64,000 bases of DNA from the NCBI GenBank assembly GCA_904063045.1, contig CAJFCJ010000019.1, positions 372,001-436,000 of the forward strand, given 5' to 3'. Positions 24,284 through 37,091 of the stretch are shown here, piece after piece (position 1 is the first letter of the stretch; each line of letters begins with the position of its first letter). The stretch is from Dimorphilus gyrociliatus (Eukaryota; Animalia; Annelida). Made by a program: the position numbers and the translations under genes. The notes under the pieces were generated by a model. That model ran no database searches. It saw nothing but the letters and a program-made list of their open reading frames with translations, and was not told the origin of the DNA.

Positions 24284-25607
24284 TCACTTTCTATTACGAT
24301 TGGTTATCAATTGATTAATTTCAGTATCAGTTGTTACATCTTTCTTTTGCTTCAAAATATCATCTCCCTAAAAATAGAACAATTATTGATAAATAGATAA
24401 ATACTGTAAACAATAACTTGATAATATACTTACAGCAGTGACACCCCAGGCGTCTGGTTCCGACATAGAGGGGCATAACGGCCTACCAGAACCTGGTTTC
24501 AAGTTTTCCCAATAATCTTTTCTTGCTCTAGCTCTTACCCACGGTTTCGTGTGAAGACGTAAACCTTCACCCCATTTATCGTGCTTTTCTGAAGCATTGC
24601 AAGATTTTCCTCGCTCTTTCTCCAACTCTTCCGAGATAGCTCTAATATGATAGGGTTCGAAACCGCAACAGCCGCCAATATATCTTACACCTATTTCATA
24701 CGCTTCTCTAGCATATTTTTGAATATCCCAGCGGGTGCATATTCTTGATTCAAGAGCGAAGGGAAATTCTGGTAAGTCTATGAAACCTTGTTTATTACAG
24801 TCGGGAGTCATAAAGGCTAGTGGTTGACTCATCAAGAAAGGTTTAAGACCTGCAGCATCCAAGCCTTTCTTCATCTCTCTAATACCTTCAAGAACGGTAG
24901 GGGGATCGAAATGGCAATTAATACCAACAATATCTGCTCCTGCCTTTGCCATTCTTACACCGCATTCGGCCGTGCTAATATTGTGCAAATCTCCTTCTGG
25001 TCCAATACACATAGTTGAAGCAACAGGTAGTCCAGATTCTTTACAAACAGAAATAGCCCATTCCATCTCTTCTATATGCTCAAAGTATTCGCATAATAGG
25101 AAATCTACTTTGTTGTCGACGAAAACCTTCACTTGTTTACGGAAAATTTCTTGAACAGCTGCTTTGCCGTCACCGCTCAAATAGGTGGGAGTTTGAGAAA
25201 TACCTCCCAATATCAAGGCGTCTCCTTCATTAGCCACTTGTCTGGCAATATCACAAGCGGCTTTATTAATTTTCTCACCTGTATATTGGGACTGAGCCTT
25301 ATTTCCTCTATTTTCCAACTTGTCATCGCTAGCGTAGAAAGTAAAAGCTTGCATAACATCAGCTCCGGCGTTTAAAAATTCTCTGTGCAATTGACGAACA
25401 CCATCTGGATTTTCAACAGTTGCCTCGGGTGTCCAAGGCCCAGCTTTAACGTATCCTCTCTTTTCGAGAGCGAAAACAAATCCTCCGTCTCCTACAACAA
25501 CACCATCTCTAAGACGTTCAAGAATTCCTTTCTTCGGCTATATGAGAAGAAATAAAAGGCATTGTTTTAATGATATACATTAAGTTGGCTATTGAGTTAC
25601 TCACCAT
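24284..25607 (-). CDS. BHMT: Betaine-homocysteine S-methyltransferase (3 exons)
   Basis: M|[39 protein letters not shown]...[12 protein letters not shown], Zn ligands in GINCHFDP and [14 protein letters not shown], and last exon [27 protein letters not shown]. Confidence 0.97.
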
Positions 25608-26215
25608 AATTGCAACTGACCAAGTCTGAATAGGTTGTAACGTCTTAACTGTTTTTAAACTAAATAAATGGGTGATCTAACTAGATATGTTTAGGTAAGT
25701 AGCTACATGAACTTGACTTGTATTATTCATGCAAATCAAAAGTTATCACCAAGTTGTTTATAGCCAATTTATAGATTGTATTTATTTATTCTTTAATGTT
25801 TAGCATACTTTAGGAATATAATTAGTCTTTATCAGTAATGTTCTTTCCATGAGTCAACACCCCTATTCCTTGTTGTAAACTCAGCTTTTGGTGAGCCAAG
25901 TTCGTTTCATCCTGAGACAGTCCGAAACCGGTTAAATCTAGTTGTTATTTTCTCCAAGCCTGCCTGGAGGATTACTCAAGTCGAAAGGTCGTACATGTTT
26001 ACCTTTAAAAGCTGAGTGTTAAATTAAAAGCTTAAGATATCAATGTAAAAGCGTCTATACAAAACATCTATTGCTATTTGTTTACAGTTTAATCTATTAT
26101 CGAATGAAAAAGTATTACCTTTGTTTGTTTTCTTTTGACAATAAAAAGTCAGAGTCAAATTCAAACAATTTCATAAAGTGAGATGCTTTGGTAAGAACGC
26201 TTATTCCTCGAAGTA

Positions 26216-29127
26216 ATGAAGCGTCTTCTTTTCAACATAGGCCGAAATTCGGCTTGTCAACAATGGTCTAGATATTTTTCCAGGTGTGTATCATATAAAA
26301 GATAATGATTATTTTGTTCAAAAAAGGCCTAGATTGCCTGTGAGACTTTCTTAGATAAGAAAATAATAATAATTATATTGAATAGTGAACCATCTTCTCA
26401 AGCCAGTACTGTTGTCATCGGAGGAGGATGCTGTGGTGTAAGTTTAGCTTATCATTTGGCAAAGGCTGGTCAGAAGGATGTAGTTCTTCTGGAAAAAACA
26501 GAATTAACGGCTGGTTCAACTTGGCACGCAGCTGGTTTAACAACCTATTACAATCCTGGTATCAATATGAAGAAAATCCACCATTACAGTTTAAGCCTGT
26601 TCAACCAACTGGAGAAGGAAACAGGTCAGCCTGTTGGTCTTCATAAGTGTGGTAGTTTGAGAATTGCACAAACACCAGACAGAGTGGATGAATTTCGTCA
26701 TCAAATGTCGAGACAAGGGTGGAATGAAGCCGAACAGAGACTGGTATTACCAGAAGAAATAAAAGAGATGTTTCCTCTTTTAAACATGGATACGGTAAGA
26801 TCTTATCTTGTCTATTTGATTTTCATTACTTTATATTGATACATTTATAGATATTGGCTGGTTTATACAATCCTGGAGACGGCCACATAGATCCATATTC
26901 CTTAACACAGGCCATGGCCGCAGGGGCTAGAAAATATGGAGCCAAACTTATTCAAAATGCGCCTGTTCATGGTTTAAAACAGAGATCTGACGGAAAATGG
27001 GAAGTAGATACCGTCGGTGGAACTATTATTGCTGACAGGATTGTCAACACTGCTGGGTTTTGGGGAAAACACGTGGGTGAATTGGCTGGTATCCATCACC
27101 CTTTGGTGCCCATTCATCATCAATACGTCGTGACGAAAACCATACCTGAAGTTAAGGCGTTGAAAAAAGAACCACCCGTTCTAAGAGATCTTGAAAATTC
27201 TTATTATCTTAGACAAGAACGAGATGGACTATTAATAGGTCCTTATGAACGACAAAGTCTCATGAAAATGAGCGTTGATTGGTATGATGACGCTCCACCT
27301 GCAGATTTTGGTCGAGAATTATTTGAATCTGATTTGGAAAGGCTGGAAGATTATTTATCAGCCGCTATGTCACTGATTCCAGCTATGGAGAATGCTGAGA
27401 TACAAACTGTTGTTTGTGGTCCGATAACTTATTCTCCAGATCTGTTGCCAATGGTCGGCCCACACAGGGAAGCAGACAATTATTGGACTATCATTGGAGC
27501 CTCCTACGGGATAATTCATTCTGGTGGATTGGGAAAATACGTTAGCGACTGGATAATTAATGGGGAGCCTAGTTTCGATCTGATTGAAACCGACCCCAAT
27601 CGATACTCAACTTGGACAAATCGAGAATATACTCTGGCAAAAATTAGAGAAAGCTATGGTATGAATAACGCGCTGGCTGTTCCTCATGAAGAAAGAGAAG
27701 CGGGAAGACCTACTATAAGGGTCAACATGGAACTTTTCAAGGCGTTGAAAGCCAAAGGTGGAGAATTCGGCTTTAAATCAGGGTGGGAAAGTCCATTATG
27801 GTTTGCGAAAGAGGGAGATGAGTCAGGCTATAAGCCAAGCTTCAGGAGAACGAACTGGTTCGAACCTGTTCGAAGAGAAACAGAGTTGGTCATGGAAAAA
27901 GTAGGAGTTATTGACTTGACATCTTTCGCTAAATTTAACGTTGAGGGAAAAGACGCGTCAGCTTTTATGGACTATGTAGGGGCTAATAATATCCCAAAAG
28001 AAGGCAAGATTGCTTTGTGTCATTTACTCACGCCCAGTGGAAAGGTCTATGGAGAGTTAACCGTGTCTGCCTTACCCGACGGCTCCTATTTTTGTGTGAC
28101 CGGTACCATTTTTCTTTATATTAAATAATGAATATCTATTAACTACTCGTTATTCAAAATTAGGTGCTGGATCAGAATTTCACGATTTACGATGGATGGA
28201 GACGATTGCTAAAGAAAAGGGGTTCAATGTTTCTATTTCCAATTGCACAGAGAAATATGGCTGCCTCGGTCTTGCCGGACCAAAGTCGAGAGATGTTATG
28301 AAACGTTTAGTTGATAATGATTTAGATATTTCCAACGAAGCTTGGAATTTTATGGAAGTCAAAGATATTCAAATGAAAGGTATAAATGTGCGGGCCTTAA
28401 GAGTATCGTATACTGGTGAATTGGGCTGGGAATTATATATGGATATGGCAGATACAATAAAGATTTATAATATGATCCAAGAAGAGGGAGAATCATTTGG
28501 AGTAGGTGATTTCGGAGGCTTTGCGCTAAATAGTTTGAGATTGGACAAGGGCCTTAGGGCTTGGGGATTAGAGGTAAGCATAAATCTTTGATTAAATGCT
28601 GACAACTGATTAATGTCATTTACAATTATATAGATGAATATGGATAAAGATCCCATTCAAGCTGGTCTTGGAATGTTTATTAAAACAAATAAGGTTTGCT
28701 GAGTACTTAGACAAGTTTTTTTTTTGTTTTTTAAATAAATAACTCTAAATAACTCTTACTAATTGCCCAGAAAGTGGATTTCGTTGGAAAGGAGGCGATT
28801 AAAAAAATGCTGTCCAATAGGCCTACAAATGTGTTGAGTTTTCTACACATAAAAACTGATGATATTGATTCCGAAGGCAACGAATCGGTATGGTATAATG
28901 GAAAAGTCGTCGGTAATACAACATCCGGAACGTATAGTTACACAGTCAACACAAATGTTGCATTCGCATATTTACCAATTGATTTAAGTGTTCCCGGAAG
29001 TAAAGTTCAAGTAGAACTTTTGGGCAAGTTTTATGACGCAATAGTACAAAAAGGACCACCGTTAAAGATTGAAAGTGTAAGAGCACCGGAAGAAATAGAG
29101 GAGATACGTAAACACTTTACTAATTAA
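26216..29127 (+). CDS. DMGDH: Dimethylglycine dehydrogenase, mitochondrial (multi-exon)
   Basis: Presequence-like exon [25 protein letters not shown] motif VVIGGGCCG, covalent-flavin His in [24 protein letters not shown] (DMGDH-type rather than SARDH-type), and a GcvT-like C-terminal half ([11 protein letters not shown]). Confidence 0.95.
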
Positions 29128-29622
29128 AATATTAATAACAGTAATAAAAAATTATAATAAATAATATACGTGTCGTTTCTATTGAAATAAATGTTCTAAT
29201 TATCTAAAAGTGTTCTCTTCTTTCTTTTACCTTATTTGGCACGTAACACTTTAATCGAAGGAGAATTTATTAACGAAACTAGCACTGCAGGGTACGACAA
29301 CTACAATTCTATTTCTTCACGTTTTTATTTTATTGTTTATATTTCGGGAAGTAACAGATAGTTATCCACAATCTGGGGCTTTTTTTATATAAACTAAATT
29401 AATTATACAGTTAAGTAATGATACAGTAATTAGACACTTTATAATCCAGGTAAAGTTGATAAAAACAAATACGCTTTTTCTTTTATAAGTGGAGCATGTT
29501 TTGAGAAGAAAAAAAACTAAAGCTAAAAAGTAGGGCAAAGTTGAATACTAATCAATACTAATCTGCTACAAAAATGACAAAATAGATAGGAAAAAGTAAA
29601 GAGAAATCATCCACAGTAGATA

Positions 29623-30846
29623 TTAATTACTTAGAACTATTAATTTTGATTTGGAATCAATGATGTAAACTTTTATCTGATCAAAATGATAATGAGAGTC
29701 CATTACGCAAACGGGATTCTCAAGATCAATAATATTATCGACGAAATTTCCTTCTTTATTTATCATCCTTAAAAGTGTTTTTGACGATTCAGCAATTAAA
29801 TAACCGCATGGTAAAGTAGTAATAATAATTGATTCGCTCAAATCTTTTAAAAGTCTCACATCGGTTAATGGACTATAATTAATACTTTTAATCATTTCTC
29901 CATTTTCTATATCGCATATTTCGAGCGATTCACCTTGGAAGACAACAAAATGTTTCTTGTTGCTTGATAATTTAATACTTTTAACCATTTGGCAGGTTAT
30001 TCTCCATAATAGAACAGTTGTGTCGTATTTGTACAAAGCAACCCAATTCTTAAACGAGCTACCAACTAGTAAACCTTTTTCTGCGCATTCTATAAAGTTT
30101 GCATTTAATTCTCCACGCCAACTAACAAATTCTAAGTTAGGAAAGTCTCCCTTCAATATAAATCTGGCTCCATTGTCGGCAACGTGTATGAGATACATGC
30201 TCTCCATGCAGCTACTTAAAGCTAAATCGTCCATGAAAGTATTAGCCGAGTAAATCTCTTTAATAAAAGACCCTTTAAGGTCGTAGAAGTCTATTCTAGA
30301 AACTGATCCAGTATAAATTAATAGATATAAGCCTCTACAGCATGAAACGATACTGTAAATTTCTTGTCTTCCTTCTCTTAAGTTCACAACATTTTTTATT
30401 TTTAGACGAACTTCTTGAACGCCTGTACAATTTTTTATTTGGACAATTTCTCCAATTTCCGTTTCGTCATTTTGCCACAACAATTTAACTTTTGTTAACA
30501 AAATGTCTTTCCTTCTATTTAATAATTTGCTTTTAAGCTTTATTCTCTCTTCTATAAACTCAACAGGATCCAAATTTCGGAGAGCGTCGAACAACTCTTT
30601 AAACTCATCAACTTTTCTCCTCTTTAGGTTAAAAGCGTCCCTTAAATCCTGAGTAATCCTAATTACACTGTTGTCGTCGTCATCGTGCCGAATTTGCTGT
30701 ATTCTTTCATCTAGTCTCCTTGATAATTCTGCTTCTTCCGATTCAATTTTCTCTAATATGTATTCTATTTGATGAATAACAAGATCATAATTAGCGTCTA
30801 AACTATGCACATCTTCAATTTCATCTTCACCCTCCCAGGTAGCCAT
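29623..30846 (-). CDS. Uncharacterised intronless protein: N-terminal coiled coil plus probable beta-propeller (TRIM/NHL-like tail without RING/B-box)
   Basis: 407-codon open frame from ATG 30846. Heptad-rich N-terminal third, then repeating short beta-strand pattern. The fold call is inference. Confidence 0.7.
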   Translation of the reverse strand: MATWEGEDEIEDVHSLDANYDLVIHQIEYILEKIESEEAELSRRLDERIQQIRHDDDDNSVIRITQDLRDAFNLKRRKVDEFKELFDALRNLDPVEFIEERIKLKSKLLNRRKDILLTKVKLLWQNDETEIGEIVQIKNCTGVQEVRLKIKNVVNLREGRQEIYSIVSCCRGLYLLIYTGSVSRIDFYDLKGSFIKEIYSANTFMDDLALSSCMESMYLIHVADNGARFILKGDFPNLEFVSWRGELNANFIECAEKGLLVGSSFKNWVALYKYDTTVLLWRITCQMVKSIKLSSNKKHFVVFQGESLEICDIENGEMIKSINYSPLTDVRLLKDLSESIIITTLPCGYLIAESSKTLLRMINKEGNFVDNIIDLENPVCVMDSHYHFDQIKVYIIDSKSKLIVLSN

Positions 30847-31173
30847 ATCCTTTATAAAAAAGAAGGGAGATACGTGATGAGACGAATTTCTTCGAAATGA
30901 ATTGAACAAATGAACGAATAGTTAGAAACAAATAAAAGTGAGCTGTATTCTAATTAGGCTTAAGTTTTTTTTGTATTTAGAAAAACAACAACAAAAAATA
31001 ACCTTATTTTCCTCCATTTTGCTTTAAAGAATACAACTTTTTCGATTGGAATATAAGTATGGAGTTTATTCTTATAAATAAAAATAATTATATGTATTGT
31101 ATATATATTTAAAAAAAAAACCAACTTAAAATAACATATATATAGTATATATAGAGATTTATTAAAAAGTGAA

Positions 31174-31187
31174 GCGCCATCTATTCG
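31174..31187 (-). promoter_or_regulatory. CTCF-like motif between the FANCB 3' end and the next gene
   Basis: Minus strand CGAATAGATGGCGC in AT-rich intergenic DNA. Confidence 0.5.
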
Positions 31188-31206
31188 CTCTTTTCCCATT
31201 ACTGCA

Positions 31207-33348
31207 TTACTGGTCAGTTAAGTTGGAATCTGCAGGCAAATGCTTTCTCAAGGCGCATTTCAACAATTTCATTTGACCGTTGTCATTGGCGAAACAAGTC
31301 AATTTAAGAGTTGAGATTGATTCCTTTCCTATAGTTAGACGTATGCCGGCTAGAGATCCTTCATCTATCGCATAACTGTTACAATTTCTATTTAAACGTA
31401 GTTTCAATATGTTTACTAATAATTCTATTGGTATGTATGACGATTGTGATCGTATAGTCCATTTTTGTTCCAATTGTGCAGTATTCAGGGCAAGCAAATT
31501 TCTTTGGACAGTCAATAAATCATCGGAAATGTTTAATAAAGAAGCGTTGAATGTTGGGTTAAGTGCTTTATCGACATCGAAGGTTATTTTTTCTAGAAAT
31601 TTACTTCGTCCTTCTTTTAAATAACAAACGAATAAATCCAATTTAAAATCATTAGGAAAATCTACATCCATATTAAATTTAAAGCAAGTAGTTTGATAAG
31701 AATTTTCTTCCTTCTTCTTAGTTTTCAGAGGAGGAGGCGCAGACATTTTAACGTCAAATTTCTTTTGCTTGAAATTCAACTCCATATAATTTAGGTCATT
31801 TAAAGTATTTTTTGATGGGATCAATCTATATTCACAAAAATCTGGTAGGGTCGAGCTAGAACAAGAAGAATTCTATACAATTTTCGTTAGTGCTAATATT
31901 AACTATCAAACCTGTCTATTCCAATAATCCAATTACTATTGTAGAACTTTTCCCATATATCATATTTAAATGCGATCTGACTGTCCAATAGAGACAGTTC
32001 TTGGAAAGATTCTCGAATAAATTCATCTTTTTGCTTTGATAGTGATTTCAATTTCTCAACATAGTTGGCTTGTCGCTATCAATTAAAAAGAAGATAAAAT
32101 CACGTGATTAATTATTCTAAGGAAAAAATTAAACCTGTAAGGATAAATGAAGTGAACTAAAAACTTTATTCATAGTGGCAGATGGTTTGTCAGTTTCTTT
32201 CCTATTATCTGTCGTTTTTCGATCGACAATATCGTCTTTTTGTGAGCAATTAATAAGGCGAAGTTTTTCTGGAGTTTCGTTGTAAATTAACAATAGTTGA
32301 TTGGTTCCATCCAACAAAAAATCATCTATAAAAGTTTGCCGAACATTATTCTCCCGAGTTATTTCCTAGAAAAAGAAATTCTATACATATATACATAAAT
32401 ATATTGATTATCAATAATAATATTAGTTAGCTTAATAGGACGTACTTTTAAGTCAGACAATCTATAAATGACCAAAGAATGAGATGAATTTGAAACTATT
32501 AAATAATCATTGAATAAATTATCTAATATATTCATTCTTTGTATATTTTGAAGGTAAACATTAAAGCAGTTGATAAGTTTTCCATCTTTTAAGTGATGTA
32601 CAACAGATGAAGAAGTTGCAATGATTAGTTCCGAGGAAAATCGTGCTTCACTTTCGAAGTATTGTATTTTAATGCACTTTATACATTCTACAACCGATTG
32701 ATATTCTTTTGGAATCAGTTGACTGCAGTCAAATTCATCAGCAGAGTCGTCGTGCAGCAAAAATCCATGAAATCTTTCTTCTTTTTCAGTTTCGAGAAAA
32801 TATTTCCACATTATGGCACAGCAATTCTCCGATAACATCTTAGAATACAGTAGACGAGATATTCTTATCTTTTTATCCTTGAAGAAAACTGCCGATCCAA
32901 TAACTTTGAGCTTGGAAGATGGACGACCGAACGAACTTGGAACATAGCATATGACATTATCTTCAGGATAGACCCATAATAATGACGGACCGTCAAGGAA
33001 ATGTATAGGATTATTACTAAATCTTTTACATCTAAAATTATATAATTGGCGAAATTCTTCCGATTCTTCATCGACATAGCATACACTAAAATTGGGTTTT
33101 TTTGATGATTGAGTTAAAATACATATACCATTCCTCCCTTCACTCCTCGCTAAGCATATTTCACAGTCTATTACAACAAAGCTAGTTACTCCTATTTGCT
33201 CTTCTTTATGTAGGAGAATATCTCCATTCGCCAGTAAGCTTCCATTATCGCTCAAATTCAATCGAAATTTCCTCAAAGTTAGACTAGTATCCGTTTTACG
33301 TACTTCATATAACTTTCCTAAGTAATTGACAACTTTCTTAAAAGTCAT
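31207..33348 (-). CDS. FANCB: Fanconi anemia group B protein-like (multi-exon)
   Basis: FLDGPSLLW, LIPKEYQSVV and exon 2 FIDDFLLDGTNQLLLIY align with human FANCB VLNGPLILW, IIPPAYSSVV and LIDDFIGSGTEQVLLLF. Confidence 0.75.
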
Positions 33349-33433
33349 GATACTTTAGTTAAATAATCAGTTTTATAAAGCAAGAAAATTATCTTTATAT
33401 TATTCGTTAGTAGAAAAGTTACATTTATAAATA

Positions 33434-33447
33434 GCGCCCCCTTGTTG
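33434..33447 (-). promoter_or_regulatory. CTCF-like motif just upstream of the FANCB start
   Basis: Minus strand CAACAAGGGGGCGC(TA) versus CCACCAGGGGGCGC(TA). Confidence 0.6.
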
Positions 33448-34859
33448 ACAAATGATATTTAATACTAATTTGTTACAATATAATTTGGTAATAAAGATAG
33501 ATTGAAGTACGAAATGGAAGAGAATAAAAGATTCTTTAACTGTGATAATCATCTCCTACATTTACAAAATGATAGAAAAAGGCTAATGGATAACTACTTA
33601 CAGAAACCATAAACTAGTTTAGGCAAATATCCGAAATATGATCAGCGTCTCCCCTTGCACGTTCTCGAAACGCTCAAAATTGGTTATCATGTTTACTCGA
33701 ATCTTTTACTTCTCTTACTTCTTATAAATATATATACATTTGTATATATTGTTGTTGACTGGGAAAATTACTCTTTATCATATAAATAACGGTAAATAAT
33801 ATGCAGATATTGAGATCAAAACGTCACTATTCCAACTGTAATATATGGAAACCTATTCCAACCTTTAGGGCATAATCTTAAAATGACTATAAGTTTTTTT
33901 TTAAGTCGATTAATTAGAACGAGGATCGAGTTTTCTTATAAAAGACAGTATTACAAATAGTAATTAAAAATGCTAAACTAATTTTCTCCAACTTAATGAA
34001 GAGAGGGGAGAGAGTAAAGATCTATTGGAATAACAAGGAACAAAACAAAGAGAATAATGAGGATTAAAGAAAAAAAATATATATGGAGTTTCGTTTAACG
34101 AAGGATATCGTGGAAGATTAAAGAACTAATTTTTGTCTGCTAGTGTGCTAGTTTTTAAGGTCTTTGTCCAATGCCTATTTCATTTATCTAGGAAGATGTA
34201 GGATTAGGCTAAGGTACCTGGGGAAATTTTGTCAATTCTATTCAAACTATACATAGTCGAGATTTAAATCAATAGTGGCGGTCGTCCAGAAAATTACTTC
34301 TAATTAAGCCGGAAAGTGGTCCGATACTTATTGGAATGGAAGCTGCTACTATATGCATTCGCCTTCTTGGAAGATTAAATGCATCGATAGGCCTGTATTC
34401 TTTAAAGGCTTATGGTGAAAAGAAATTAGAATAACACGCAATGCACGGATTGGGAAAGTAGAAATCGTCGTTGGCGTCAATTAATGAGCCTGTACTCTCG
34501 CTCCAGTGATCCCTTTGCAGTATTGGATATAATTTGTATGGAAATAAGCGACAAAACACGTCGGCACGATCCCTTGACATGTAATATATGAGCATTCAGT
34601 AAAGCTGTCAAGATACGTTAACTTAACGATTTTCCTGTCAAAACAATACCGACGCAAAAAATGACGCTTGGCGATGCTTTGTTTTATATCTATATTTATT
34701 TTTTTCCAACACAAATTCATTCCTTTTTCAGGTATACAATTATTTTAACGCTCGACTGTTTGCAACGCCCTCCTGCGTCGATTCTAGACGCCTTTTAGTA
34801 GCAGGAAGTTTGGTCGTCTCCCTCTCTATAGCAGTGCCGACAATCACTGCAAACATCGC

Positions 34860-34911
<52 letters not shown>
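34860..34911. repeat. (TC)n microsatellite
   Basis: About 25 TC units read directly. A shorter (TC)n tract lies at about 52879-52908. Confidence 0.95.
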
Positions 34912-34915
<4 letters not shown>

Positions 34916-35596
34916 AGCTTTGGTCTGAATACTTTTCATTATATTTCCTTCAAGGTTGAAACTTTTCAGGTAAACAAAATACAATAATAATGCGTAAATT
35001 TTTGTTTTTTTATTAACGTCGACCTAATTACAAATCACGTGACAACGTCATTAGCACGTATATTCGGATGAAGAGCGCCAAGGGCGTTACTCGCTAACTC
35101 CTCGACCTTTAAACAAACAAAGAGATGCTATTAGAGTTTTTCGATTAAAGTAATTGGAAGGGAGGGGGAAGGGGTGGAGAGGTAATTTTTTCTTTTCTCT
35201 CCTTTTCACTCCTACGATTTTTGAAATATACTTTTTTCAAATGTAAAATAATGAAAAGGCTACTCGCGTTTGATCTTAACGCGTGTTGGTTTTAAGCGAA
35301 TTAAGGCCTAGTAGACGAATGCTGATTGGCTAATTTGATTTCCGTCGACGTTATAGTTCTGCTCGAAGTAACGCTGATTGCTCGTATTCTTTCATAGATA
35401 TATACCGTTCGGCTTTTAACGAATCAATACGTGTGTATATAGGAGAGAGGAAGACGCCGCATCTAGATTTAGACGCTTCCTGTTTCGGGCGCGCCAGCTG
35501 TAACGCGTTCCAAGGTAGAACGAAGCAGAAGCAAACTTTCTCACGGATAGAAATACTATTTTCTCATCGCTATAGCCTGCAGTCAAAATCGGAATT

Positions 35597-36756
35597 ATGA
35601 TAATTTTCCGTCTTATCCTTTTCACTTCGTTGGCAACATCCCTACGAGCGTTCGTTGTGAAAACAAGTAGGCTTTCAAAGCGTTTCTTTCATTTTTTTCC
35701 TTATTCTTTATAGTAACGTTTTTTATATCCTTCTTTCAAACTAATCGATTGTATTCTTCGCCTATTCTTCGCTCTACCGTCCGCCTTTCTAGTTTACCTT
35801 GACAACGCCAGAGAGTGCCAAACTCGTCTAAGGATTGTAAGAGATGGATTGAACAAGGGTGATACATTTGAAATAAAGTCTGAATCTCTGCCGAGTGAAA
35901 TGACCAATCAACCTCCAGCTGGTATTTAGCTAAATTAAATATAATCGAATCCTATCCAACTATTATTCTCCCTCTTATATTCCCATTGCCTCTTACTTTC
36001 AAATTAATTTCCATCAAATTACAAATAATGTATTACAGAGTGCGGGCCACACGTATTCAATTTCGGAGGTAGATTAGTTAGAGTAAAGGTACACAAATGG
36101 CAGTGCAATATCACTAGGAATAACCCATATATTGCCTTCTACGACAGTTGTGAAACGGAGAGGAATAAGAAGAAACTATTGGTAAGCATTAGTACTTTAA
36201 TGTTAAATATAATCGTTAATTAGAAATATACACAACAGGCAAAGTATTATATATATAATTGCACGGATGCAAACCGTCCAAAACCGATTACGTCCAACGG
36301 AGCCTGCTTATCCATATATCATTACAAAGGGAGTGACAAGATGAAAATGTTAAAATCGGATTATTCGTTTACCTTAGAGGTTATTGCAGGAGAAGGTATG
36401 AATCTTTCACACGTCTAGATAGCTAATTCATAGATTTTAACACCTTATACTTTTATAAAATAATCAAATAAAACTATGTTAACACTACAGAAATCGTTTC
36501 CTTCCCGGCTGGAATTATTGCTGGAATTATTATTGGAAGTATGATTGTAATAATGATTCTGGTCAAGGTCGTCTGTGTTCTGACCGGTTATGAAGACAAA
36601 TTACCTCAAGTCATCTTAGCCAATTCGCCTCAGAAGGAGAGCCTAATTCAGCGTAGCAATGATGCTCTTCGAGTATCGGACGAGAATATAGGTTGGCGTC
36701 TAACAAGTTTGGGTTTTGTAGAGAGCACAGATAAGCATGATTTACCCTTTTCCTAA
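35597..36756 (+). CDS. Type I membrane protein with one CUB-like ectodomain (5 exons)
   Basis: Phase-consistent splicing gives signal peptide MIIFRLILFTSLATSLRA, IYLDNAREC..., ECGPHVFNF...IAFYDSC..., YNCTDANRPKPITSNGACLSIY...FTLEV, TM AGIIAGIIIGSMIVIMILVKVVCV, and a short tail. The CUB-like call is inference from the Cys/strand pattern. Confidence 0.7.
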
Positions 36757-37077
36757 ACACCCTTCTATACTCCTCGTCCTTCCCACTTACTCCTTCTCAT
36801 TCCTTTTTATACTCTTATTCATTAGAAATTTTACCCATTGGCTTTATACTTCTCAACTTCTTTTTCCGAAAGCTTGCTTTGTATCAATAGATATAGGCGA
36901 GGCGGCCGGAACATCTCACCAACGCCGAGCAACAACAAGTAGGTCGATGAAAGAAGAGTTGTCCCTGGTTGACGATGACTTAGAAATGACTAAAATACAA
37001 CGCTACCCTAGTTTTAAAGGTCACTCTTCCAAACTGTTCTGATATTGTTATTTTCTTTTCTAATGAAAGTATTTTAT

Positions 37078-37091
37078 ACGCCATCTGGCGA
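37078..37091 (-). promoter_or_regulatory. CTCF-like motif between the CUB-like gene and the pseudokinase
   Basis: Minus strand TCGCCAGATGGCGT (12/14 to CCGCCAGATGGCGC). Confidence 0.55.

Noticed and set aside
25900-25935. Hammerhead-like CTGAGA...GAAAC, and a U12-like GAGTAA...GAAAATAAC on the minus strand nearby
   Set aside because: The CUGANGA core is incomplete, stem II does not pair, and no other U12 or box C/D features are present.
33513-33790. Short plus-strand ORFs divergent from FANCB
   Set aside because: They could not be spliced in frame. A minus-strand GTAAGT...TAG intron suggests this is FANCB 5' UTR.
36098-36119. miR-34-like seed TGGCAGTG
   Set aside because: It lies inside a coding exon of the CUB-like gene, the 3' part does not match miR-34/449, and there is no hairpin.
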